From contig CAVYYZ010000012.1 of the NCBI GenBank assembly GCA_963772835.1, forward strand, positions 1 through 64,000: a stretch of 64,000 nucleotides of DNA, in the 5' to 3' direction. Below are positions 1-9,009 of the stretch, in pieces. The notes beneath the pieces are model-generated. The model had not been told where the DNA came from. It did not search any database and saw only the letters and a program-made list of their open reading frames with translations. How positions within the stretch are numbered: position 1 is the first letter of the stretch; each line of letters opens with the position of its first letter. Made by a program: the position numbers and the translations under genes. The DNA comes from an uncultured delta proteobacterium. Its GTDB lineage: Bacteria > Desulfobacterota > Desulfuromonadia > Geobacterales > Pseudopelobacteraceae.

Positions 1-1481
1 TGAAGCGCTTCGATCTGCTCCTCAAAGTTGATATTCTCATCTAGGTGATCGAATTGTATGTACTTACTTGGCACCAAACTGAAGTTGTTGCGTTCCAGTT
101 CCTCAAATGTAGCGCTATAGCAAAACTCAGGAATGTCTCTGTAGTTTGTCTGACAATCAACCTGCTGCCAGTCGTGGAAAGTCTTCACAGCGGTGCTGAT
201 GACATGTTCCGTAAGCTGAACGAACATCTTTTCATGAGGGGTTCCACGCCTGCGCAAGTCAACAAACAAAACCTTTCTAGATCTTGCTCGTAATCTCCTG
301 ATTTGGTCGCCATGGTCGATCGTTCTTTCAGACTTATTCTTGTTCAAGATCCATAGCGTTACACTTAAACGATAGTGTAGAAGAGCTTCCTCGGTAGAAG
401 AATCAGTGCTTCAACCAAATCATTCTCGATGAGTTTTCTTCTGATCCGATATTCCTGCCCCTCATCCGACAAGGCCCCATTGGCCAGAATGAAACCGGCG
501 ATGCCGTTCACTGACAGCTTAGATACCATGTGGAGAATCCAAGCGTAGTTCGCATTGGACGTCGGCGGCACTTCATAACCGCTCCAGCGCGGATCATCAG
601 TCAGTTCATCAGACGCCCGCCAATCCTTTTGATTGAAAGGCGGATTCGCCATGATGAAATCTGCTTTCAAGTCCGGGTGCTGATCTTTGGAAAAAGTGTT
701 GTCTGCCTTCACGCAAGTTCGCTGAGATACCACGAATCGCCAGATTCATCTTGGCCAGTTTGAGCGTGGTGGTCGTATTTTCCTGCCCGTAAACGGATAT
801 GTCCTTCGTATTGCCCTGGTGATTCTCCACAAACTTCATCGACTGTACAAACATACCGCCCGAACCGCAGCAGGGGTCATATATCTTGCCTTTGTACGGT
901 TCAATCAGACTCCGCAATCAGATTGACAATGGTCTTGGGAGTATGAACTCTCCCTTGCCTTTACCTTCCGCCAAAGCAAAATTACTCAGGAAATATTCAT
1001 AGACTCGCCCGACAATATCCTGCGACTTGTCGGCAATCGTATTGATGTTGCTGATCGTATCGATCAACGCCGCCAGCTTGCTCCGTTCCAGATCGATGCG
1101 GGAAAAGTAGTTATCAGGCAAAGCACCCGCCAGGGACTTATTGTTCTTCTCAATTGTGTGAAGGGCGGTATCAACCTTGATCGCCAGATCGTCCTGCTTG
1201 GCATTGGCCTGAATGTAACTCCAGCGAGATTCCACCGGCAGATAGAACACGTTCTTCATGGTGTAAAAATCCACCATCTCAACGTATTGCTCTTTTCCCT
1301 CTCCGATCAACTCCTGCCGCCGCTCCTCGAATTTGTCAGAAGCAAATTTCAGGAAGATCAGACTCAGCACCACATGTTTATATTCCGAAGGCTCAACCGA
1401 GCCCCGCAGCTTGTTTGCTGAATCCCAGAGGGTTTCTTCAAAACTTTTGGATTTCTTGTTTGCAGTCTTTTCCTTGGCCAT
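1..1481 (-). pseudogene. hsdM: Type I restriction-modification methyltransferase subunit M, split by at least 3 frameshifts; runs off the window start
   Basis: Consecutive minus-strand fragments carry HsdM motifs: LWDSANKLRG...FLKF (918-1481), YDPCCGSGGMF and GQE (609-917), MANPPFN (365-733). The tail SVTLWILNKNK...YRDIPEFCYSATFEELERNNFSLVPSKY lies in another frame (<1-365). Confidence 0.9.
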
Positions 1482-1506
1482 TGGTATCCTTTATTTCGAT
1501 TGCGCT

Positions 1507-3724
1507 TTATTCCTCAGCTTCTTCAAAAGCGTCACGCATCATCATTTTGTAGTGTGCAGCATGCCCAGACTTCTCAAAAATAGCCCTAAAAACCTTCAAA
1601 TATGTATCTACGGTCGAATCATCAATCGACATATAGAGGTCATCATGTGCGTAATGTGAGCCATCATTGACCCATGAGAGCAAGGTGTTACAAATAATTT
1701 TATCCTTGCCTGAAAATTTGCTGCAGAACATCTTTCGGGTCAACGCCACCAAAGAACTTAAAATAGTTCTCCAGTATCCGGCGGAGTGTGTTCTGAATCG
1801 TCACGTTGGTGCATTCAACTTTCTTTACCTCAAGCCACAATAGCTCATATGACGTTTTGATAGGTTTTGATAAATGCTTGTCCAACTTCGACACAAGCCC
1901 CGGCTTCTTAACTATCCAAAATGTTTCCTCTTTCATCGCTACATCACTACGTTTGGGAATGAAGGTGACTTCTTTGTGAAAATAAACGTTATGAGTAAGG
2001 ACGAACACTTGCTTGATGTGTCCTGTTCCCGAACGAACTTCGTCGAACAATCCCTGATAGGTCTCCGACAATGAACAGAATGTCACTGTCAAGGCTGGAG
2101 ACGGGATCGTCAAAAACCACAACTCGGTCTATGGTCATGCCACTTTCCGAATCGCTACCTTTCAGTAGATGGTAAAAGTATAAAAATGTGACAAAGGTTT
2201 TTTCTCCTTCGCTTAGTGTCGTCTTCGCATCGGAACCATCTTGACGAACAAGTTTGTAACATGTGCCATTGAGAGCTTTTGCAAGGGAGAATCCTTGAAA
2301 TCCGAATGACGATAGCAAGGCGTTAATACAATCAATTGTGGGCTGAATACTTGTAGTCAGTTTTTCCAGTTCACGAATCTCGGCGGTCTTTGTTGCCTTA
2401 TCCGTATTTGCTGTTGATATCTGGGTTCCCAATGATGTAATGGCACTATTTAATCCGTTACTCGTAGCCGTGTACGCTGCCAAATCAGCCTTGAGATCCT
2501 GCTCTAACACATACTTCCAAACCTTTGCCGTCAGCAAATCTCTTTCCTGGGAGAGGTTTTTAACCATGTTGTTGTCGTCGGCGATGAGGGAATTGACGAC
2601 ATCAATCAGGATCATGATTTCATTTGCTACATTGCTGATTGATTCGAGTTCAACAACTTGGCTTGGCTCCTTTTTTCTTTCCTGCAAGACGTTGAATATT
2701 GATAGCTATCCGCGAGTCGAGAAGCTCCTTTTCGATTTTCAGCTTTTCGACATGCAGAAATTTTGGATGATACGGCAATGACAGGAGAAATTTGCTGTAA
2801 AAGTCGTTCTGCATGGGTACTGTAGTTAATGGCCAGGTTGTCTATTGCTTTGCTGTCCGCCTCGAACGTCACCATCAAAATACTCATTCAGGCTCTGAGC
2901 AAACAACTCCGTTGTACTCTGTTGACAAAAGGGACACATGCTCTCGTTTGCTTCAAAGAAAGTTCGCCCCTGCCGTACCCAATCGCTGTTGCCAAGTTTT
3001 TTGATCATATCAGCAACATCAACATCATCTTTACCGATAACACGCTTCTTGAGAATGGCCTCGGATTCGTATTCAACTAGCTTTGTATACTCAATGGGTT
3101 GAACAGATTGCTCCGTAGTTGGAGTCGTCCCGAAGATTGTTTCAGCCTTTTTCTCCAGCTCAGACAGCGTAACCAGGGTAGCAGTGTTTGATGTCAATTC
3201 TTTTAACACTCTTGTTTTGAACTCTTTTTTACTATTTCGTACCCCTTCAAAGGCGTTTGACAGCTTATCTTTATGCTTTGTATATGCTGCCCAGCATTTC
3301 GATAGAAGTTCTTCTTCAAGAGCCGCCAATTCGCCTTTCTTACCGCCAGTGCCGTCATCACCATGCAACGTATGAGTTAGGGTTTTTATTTTTTCTTTGA
3401 TTTTGTCTAACTCGTCTTTTGCATCATCAATTTTCTTAATAGTATCTGTATGTTGAACACCGAGTGTAAATACACCTTTCAGTTCCACAGGTTGATTGAA
3501 ATTACTTTCGACGAAATCATGATTGTAAACGAGTGACTGTAGCTTTGTTCCGCCTTTCCAAGTAATCCTGCACTTTGGGAATTTACTCTCATCAGCAATT
3601 ACGCGGCTGACCGTTGTTTTCCCTGTACCGTTGGAACCGAAAACAAAATTAAACAGTGACAAACCTTCCAATGCTTCAGGAGTGCTTCCATAGGTGGCTA
3701 TTTCGGCGATGCTGATGGATTCAT
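1507..3724 (-). pseudogene. RloC-like AAA_13 ABC-type ATPase with zinc hook and C-terminal HEPN-like region, split by several frameshifts
   Basis: Fragments carry Walker A GSNGTGKTT, coiled coil, CPFCQQ hook, LSEGEK signature, Walker B VVVFDDPVSSLD, LTHN, NTLRRILENYF and WVNDGSH. The start is approximate. Confidence 0.8.
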
Positions 3725-3820
3725 TTCAATTCATCCTTGGGAGACAGCAACGGTGTCAGCACTACACATATGACAAAACCATAATTTGCGCTTTGATTCT
3801 CACGCACTCCATATTAATTT

Positions 3821-4595
3821 CTACGCAAGACTCAAAACGCCCCTGCACTGCGGATACTGCGAGCAGCCCAGAAACTTGTTGCCCTTGTTTGCGCCTTTGC
3901 TTGCTTCACGCATAACCATAGAACTGCCACACTTTGGGCAACGCGTTGTGCTCTGCTTTTCACTTACAATGTTTTTCACATGTTCTACATGCTCTCTGTT
4001 GGTTTTGAATGACGGCGCCAACCTGCCTGTAGCAATTTTAGTGACGATGTCCGTTATCTCACCCGCAGACAGAACCGGTAGGGTCTTCGATTTAATAAAC
4101 CTGATATAACCGATGCCATGAGTAACATTTGCAGGCATTTCCGTCTTGAACGTACTCTCACCGACAAAAACAATCAGTGAATGAATCTGCTGATCACTTA
4201 AGCCGAGCAGTGATTCTAAGGTCTTTACATGCTTGTAATTTTGATACAGAGGATTCTGAAACTTGCTGTATGCTTGAATATTTTTTCGTCCATTGACTCT
4301 GTTTCGGGATCGCCGAATATCCACCCCTTCATATTTTTGGTTTCAACTACGAAAGTCCGTATTTTGAAACGATAACATGATCAATCTGGGTCGTGCCATC
4401 CTCCGTCGGTAATGTGACGTTCTTGATCAGGTGGTACTCGTTTTTATCAAGCATCAGCTTCGCTGCAACGTTGACAACAAACTCGCCCATCACCCCTTTG
4501 AACCAAGATGATTTGAATAAAGTCGCCAGAATCAGAATTGGCAACAGATACCAGAGTGTTGCAACAAGCTGGTTTATAAGTGGAGCAAGAATCAT
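3821..4595 (-). pseudogene. NERD-domain nuclease with N-terminal membrane anchor and C-terminal topoisomerase-type C4 zinc finger, one frameshift near 4340
   Basis: KGVMGE, TTQIDHVIVSKYG, FQNPLYQNYKHVK and CPKCGS...FLGCSQYPQC motifs spread over ORFs 4347-4595 and 3821-4324. Confidence 0.85.
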
Positions 4596-4763
4596 TCAGT
4601 GGCCTCACTTGTGAAATACTTTTCTTTGTTCCTCGGAACTTCAGCTCCCACTCACCCCAACCCCCGCAACAACGAACGGAATCTCGGAATAATTCGGGAA
4701 TAATACGGAACACTGCCCATATTTTCGGATCCCATCAACCTCACATGCAACAACTAACCATAT

Positions 4764-4804
4764 AAAAAAAGCCGCTCAACCGGTATTCTCCCCGATTCAG
4801 CGGC
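4764..4804 (-). terminator. Intrinsic terminator
   Basis: Minus strand reads GCCGCTGAATCGG...CCGGTTGAGCGGC followed by TTTTTTT. Confidence 0.65.
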
Positions 4805-4919
4805 CGATATAATTGTCCGATACTCCCATCCGATTCATCCCCATAGCATAGACCCGAGAAACCGGATAGTGCTCTCACGAAATCATTAAAAAGTTATTTC
4901 TAATTTTGAAAAGTGCCCC

Positions 4920-4948
4920 ACCTTACGCCGGCGATCCCTCCCTGTCAA
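4920..4948 (-). promoter_or_regulatory. sigma70-like promoter
   Basis: Minus strand TTGACA-17 nt-TAAGGT, pointing toward the NERD/RloC/hsdM genes. Confidence 0.55.
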
Positions 4949-5012
4949 TAAAACACATCAATTTAGGCGGGAATGAACCCTCCCCGGTTTACGCTGTACC
5001 GCTTACCACTAC

Positions 5013-5120
5013 TCCGGCTCATATCCGTACGTTATCGAAATGACCCGTCATGCAGGGAAACCTTTGCTCACGCGACGACGCAGCAACGCAACGAAAAACT
5101 CAAAACACTTCCAGGCCGTT
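5013..5120. repeat. ~100-bp imperfect direct repeat, copy 1 (copy 2 at 7301-7400)
   Basis: Shared TCCGGCTCATAT-[C/T]-GTACGTTATCG...GTCATGCAGGGAAACCTTT...CTCACGCGACGACGCAGC...CTCAAAACACTTCCAGGCCGTT blocks. Confidence 0.9.
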
Positions 5121-5267
5121 AGCTATCCGTTTGAAACCGTATTTCATCAGATTATCACTGAAATGTATCAAAAGACCGGGGTGACATCCGGTTAAACGCA
5201 CAAAGGTGAGCAGTTGCTTCGTTTGATGTGCTTTTGACTCTCGTTGCGGCGGCGCGCCGTTGCGTGA
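5068..5267. repeat. ~200-bp element with imperfect terminal inverted repeats (REP/MITE-like)
   Basis: Left TCACGCGACGACGCAGCAACGCAACGAAAAACTCAAAA resembles the reverse complement of right TTTTGACTCTCGTTGCGGCGGCGCGCCGTTGCGTGA. Confidence 0.55.
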
Positions 5268-5337
5268 TAACGGTGAATATCGGGGAACGTAATTGCAGTT
5301 TTCTACTGTTGGTCAGAGAAATGATCATATTTCATTA

Positions 5338-6195
5338 CTAAACAGCCTCTAAAAATCCCTGCTTCAGCCTCATAATCTTTGCTAGTATCTCATCAGACCT
5401 GTCATGGGTACGTGCGCTTCCGGCCATATCCTGCACAAGACGATAACGCTGCTGATCCCCTGTTTCAGCTTCCAGAATTTCCAATATAGCTGTTCCGGTC
5501 GCTTCATCCGCTATAGCCGCCATGTCACGTCCCAACAATCTGATTCCAGCCAGGACAAGGTCAAAGCCCTCCATCTGGAGCAATTCAACCTCATTATCAA
5601 ACATACGGTCTTCGTTACCGGCTTCTGCGTAATGCTCCATAAAAAACAGCAAGTCTTCGGCATCCTTGGAACGTTCCGGATATCGGTCATTCCAGGAGAT
5701 AACCTTCATCACCGCCATACCCGGAATGGTCGGTACTTTCACATCCAGTAACGGAGCATTGCTCAATCGGACGTTCATGCCATATTGGTATGCTTCCTTG
5801 AAGCCCATGATGTTCATGATAATCTGCTGGTCGGGCGGCCAGCTGATTGTTCTGCCCTCGGGACTGACATTACCAAACGGTACAATATCGACAGGGAATC
5901 GACCAAATTTCAGCCTGTACTGCTCTCTTGTCGCCTCAAATCTTCCTGTAGCGACTAATGCTTTTGACAGCTGCTGAAATTCATCCCAACTGTCAACCTC
6001 AACACCGATATCAAGGTCACGGGTTGCTCGATCCGTTTTGATGGTGTGACAATGGTTCAACACGATATCTCGAGCCGTAGCACCAACCACAAAGAAAAGA
6101 ATACCAAGAGCTGAAGCCTCCTGATGAATCACCTTCAGAATCTCCAAAATAACGTGATCAATCTTCTCTGATATGTTGAACGATATGTTCGTCAT
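5338..6195 (-). CDS. AbiEii-family nucleotidyltransferase toxin (type IV TA / abortive infection)
   Basis: FFVVGATARD...RATRDLDIGV nucleotidyltransferase motif, later KxxSWxDR...KDAED; lies directly downstream of the AbiEi-like gene. Start taken at MTNISF. Confidence 0.8.
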   Translation of the reverse strand: MTNISFNISEKIDHVILEILKVIHQEASALGILFFVVGATARDIVLNHCHTIKTDRATRDLDIGVEVDSWDEFQQLSKALVATGRFEATREQYRLKFGRFPVDIVPFGNVSPEGRTISWPPDQQIIMNIMGFKEAYQYGMNVRLSNAPLLDVKVPTIPGMAVMKVISWNDRYPERSKDAEDLLFFMEHYAEAGNEDRMFDNEVELLQMEGFDLVLAGIRLLGRDMAAIADEATGTAILEILEAETGDQQRYRLVQDMAGSARTHDRSDEILAKIMRLKQGFLEAV

Positions 6196-7195
6196 ATAGT
6201 ATCCGTGCCGTTTCAATATTTCGCTGATTTCCGGTGGCCATCAGGTCGGCATAAACCAGTATCGGGTGAACCGTATCCCCGTGCGGAACAATTGTATCAG
6301 GTTGCCAGAAACGCTGTAGCAGTTCCACATCACCTTCAGGGTCTTTCTTGAGTCTGTTCTGGATAAGTACCGCTTCCGGATTGTCCTTATCAACATAAAC
6401 GGTTATTTCCCGGGGCTTTAAATAATCGGTCAGCTTTCCTGCTGCAACCTCACCACCCCACTGTGCCATTTCCGGATTTAGTACTGCCTTCTGCCACCAG
6501 TCATCCGCACCCCGATATCGGCCCATCAGCAATTTGGGGCGCAACTGCTCTGCATAGCCGGTTATCCAGCGTTCCAGAAGCTTTTCTTTCCCAATCAATC
6601 GAATATGCCGGGCACGCCCTTTTCCGGTCTCCACCAGATAGCCTAGATCGTTTAGCTCATTCAGCACCCAGTTCACCATGCCCAATGCGACATTTGTTTT
6701 GGCAGCAATAGCACGGTGGGTTTCATTCTCCAGTCCCGTATTGCAGAGCAGAGCATAGAGAACCCTCAGCCCGGTTTGCTTAAAGGCACGCCCAGCAACT
6801 GGCGCTTTTACCACACCCTGAAGCTTGTTGCCTTTGATAAAAATATAGAAAGGCGGCTGATTGATGAAGCAGTTACCGGCTGTGTCCAAAAATTGGGTAT
6901 CATCTTCACGCAATCTGTCAGCCATATCTGTCGTTACCTGCGGAATTATCATCACACAGCGGGTCTGGTTTTTCAGCCGCCGATATAAGGCAAGAGCGGC
7001 ATTAACAGCTATAGCACCGCCTTCGATAATCAATAGTTCAAACGTGATTGTTGCGTCCGGTGTTTTCAGGAACAAGAACTGCGTGTCTGGTGCTTCATTG
7101 GCAATATCGAGCACCAGCCCGGTCTGGCGCATAACAGAGCCGAGAGCAGTTTTTAGAATATGTTTTGGGTTGGTGGGTACCGGCATATTGTTCAC
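6158..7195 (-). CDS. AbiEi-family (AbiEi_2-like) antitoxin / transcriptional regulator
   Basis: FLDTAGNC, a central winged HTH (RAIAAKTNVALGMV), WGGEVAA and C-terminal VHPILVYADL...RNIETA; overlaps the toxin start. Confidence 0.8.
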   Translation of the reverse strand: MNNMPVPTNPKHILKTALGSVMRQTGLVLDIANEAPDTQFLFLKTPDATITFELLIIEGGAIAVNAALALYRRLKNQTRCVMIIPQVTTDMADRLREDDTQFLDTAGNCFINQPPFYIFIKGNKLQGVVKAPVAGRAFKQTGLRVLYALLCNTGLENETHRAIAAKTNVALGMVNWVLNELNDLGYLVETGKGRARHIRLIGKEKLLERWITGYAEQLRPKLLMGRYRGADDWWQKAVLNPEMAQWGGEVAAGKLTDYLKPREITVYVDKDNPEAVLIQNRLKKDPEGDVELLQRFWQPDTIVPHGDTVHPILVYADLMATGNQRNIETARILYDEHIVQHIRED

Positions 7196-7241
7196 TTAAT
7201 GTTTCTGTTCATTTTTTGTGAACATATCATTTACGTGAACA
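7189..7241. promoter_or_regulatory. Nested inverted repeat, probable AbiEi autoregulatory operator
   Basis: TGTTCAC...TGTTCA-N7-TGAACA...GTGAACA overlapping the abiEi start. Confidence 0.6.
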
Positions 7242-7300
7242 AAGGTCAAGGTGTTTAGCATGTCGAATACCGTATGCCCTTAAACAAAAAATGCCGTTCA

Positions 7301-7400
7301 TCCGGCTCATATCTGTACGTTATCGCGATGTTCAGTCATGCAGGGAAACCTTTACTCACGCGACGACGCAGCGAAAACCTCAAAACACTTCCAGGCCGTT
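7301..7400. repeat. ~100-bp imperfect direct repeat, copy 2; contains the last 7 codons of the 7380-8651 gene
   Basis: 7380-7400 TCAAAACACTTCCAGGCCGTT is identical to 5100-5120. Confidence 0.9.
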
Positions 7401-8651
7401 GAGGAAATCATGCGTGTTCTTCACATCCTGGTACTCCCGGAATTCCCTGTAGCCGTCAATACCGTCGGGGTCAAGCCCTCGATAATAGCGGGGCCTGGAG
7501 GTTTTCAATCCTGACAGGACTTTGCCGGTGGCATAATCCTCATCACTCAATGTATCCGCCCGGTATTTCAGGTCGAGTACCAGACTGAACCCCAGCTGGA
7601 ACAATCTTTTCAGATATTCACCGGTAATGATGTCCACCCCCTTTGCTTCGTCCCCGCCGCTCAGGTACTCCAGGGCGATGTTCAGGTAGCCGTACACCCG
7701 CTCCACGACCGATCCCATCTGTTCCATGTCGGCAAGGTGGGCTTCATCGGCCACCAGTGCGGTATTGATCAGATAATTCAGCTCCATGCGGAACAGGTCC
7801 GAGTCCGCCCGGAGGATAACCCTCTCCAGGAACGTCCTGCCGGTCAAAAACGTCCCGGGGAGCGTGGTTGCTTCAACCGCCTGCAGCAGCTCTTTGGTGC
7901 GGCCGGGTGTAAAGGTGACCGGGTTGATACGGGAATAGATCTCAAGTGCCTCGTCATGGGGAGGAAAACCCAGATCGGCAAGGCGCCCCGATTTTATGTG
8001 GTAGCATTCCTCTTCCGATTCCAGATCAACCTCACCGCTGACACTTTCCATAAGCGACGCATACAGGGGATTATCCAGGCGGCAGACCAGTTCCAGAAAG
8101 AAGCCGATTGTCTCGGCATGTGCCGGGTTTCTGAATTTTATCAGGAAAACATCGTCAAAGGTGTGATCCCAGTCGGTCTGACGTTCTTCATCGGTGTTGA
8201 TATCACCAATCCCCCCGGCGACAACAAGTTCTCTCCCCAGAAACAGGGAGAGGAGATTGAAATCCAGGTGCGGGAGTAATTCCAGGAAATGTTCCTCGCT
8301 CCCTTTCAGGATGTACCCCAGATATTCGACCGCCTTGTCTTCCGAAAACGTCCAGCCTCTCCAGAGTTCCATATCCAGAATGAAGACGCACTGCTCCGGA
8401 CTTGCCAGCCCCAGCAGTTCCAAGGCACCGGGTGAGCCGATCTCCTTGAATAGCCAATATAACTCGTGAGGCTGCATGGCCCGGGCCAGCTTCTGTGCGG
8501 CCGGATCTCCCAGAATCAGGGCCAGCTTCTCCGCGGGGAGCACCCCGTCAAGGTAGCTCCGCTTTTCGTCAAAAGAACGTGCCCTGAACTCTTCCTCTCC
8601 GATTCGTACCGTCGTTCCCGTGCTTCTTTCAGTCATGTTCTGCTTCACCAC
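7380..8651 (-). CDS. Conserved hypothetical protein (DUF6178-like)
   Basis: 423-aa ORF with host-like composition; LDMELW, RLADLGFP and LFQLGFS motifs resemble this deltaproteobacterial family. Confidence 0.6.
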   Translation of the reverse strand: MVKQNMTERSTGTTVRIGEEEFRARSFDEKRSYLDGVLPAEKLALILGDPAAQKLARAMQPHELYWLFKEIGSPGALELLGLASPEQCVFILDMELWRGWTFSEDKAVEYLGYILKGSEEHFLELLPHLDFNLLSLFLGRELVVAGGIGDINTDEERQTDWDHTFDDVFLIKFRNPAHAETIGFFLELVCRLDNPLYASLMESVSGEVDLESEEECYHIKSGRLADLGFPPHDEALEIYSRINPVTFTPGRTKELLQAVEATTLPGTFLTGRTFLERVILRADSDLFRMELNYLINTALVADEAHLADMEQMGSVVERVYGYLNIALEYLSGGDEAKGVDIITGEYLKRLFQLGFSLVLDLKYRADTLSDEDYATGKVLSGLKTSRPRYYRGLDPDGIDGYREFREYQDVKNTHDFLNGLEVF

Positions 8652-8863
8652 GCTGCCTCCCTGTTACTGCATAATCCGATGATCAGCCGCCATGATAGCA
8701 TCATTTGCACGGAGTTCGTGAGAAAGTGATGCACGCACCGGGAGCATGATTTCCGGAGTTGCGACGTCAGTCTGTTATTTCTTCCCGCCTGCCGCTTCCG
8801 GTTTCCACTGGGGACATGCAGTTACTGAGGCGGGAATAACTGTTCGGGGGGACGGCTGCAGAT

Positions 8864-8916
8864 AAAAAAGGCCGCCTCTCAAAAGAAAAGCGACCTTTGT
8901 GCAATGTGGCGTCCCT
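8864..8916 (-). repeat. Diverged copy of the tRNA-Glu 3' end plus terminator hairpin (att-like scar)
   Basis: Ungapped 38/53 identity by manual count to 16764-16816, including TGGCGTCCC; offset is exactly 7900 bp. Confidence 0.75.
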
Positions 8917-9009
8917 GGTGGACGAACTTCGAACTTTCTCCTTTGTGTAGAGGAAAGAGTGTCTCAGGATGACGTTACAACGTACTTCCAATGAAGTGAA
9001 CTTCTCTTT

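Noticed and set aside
365..2887. Programmed frameshifting or phase variation explaining the split hsdM/RloC-like genes
   Set aside because: There are too many breaks, and they are not at long homopolymers or slippery heptamers; error or decay is simpler.
4805..4885. CGGGTCTA...TATG similarity to a c-di-GMP-I/GEMM riboswitch
   Set aside because: It lacks the GGCAAAC/GNRA P2 stem and GCAAAG elements; kept only as an unassigned RNA candidate.
8900..8940. Second tRNA gene at TGGCGTCCC...TTCGAAC
   Set aside because: No cloverleaf can be built; only the 3' end matches, so it is treated as an att-like scar.
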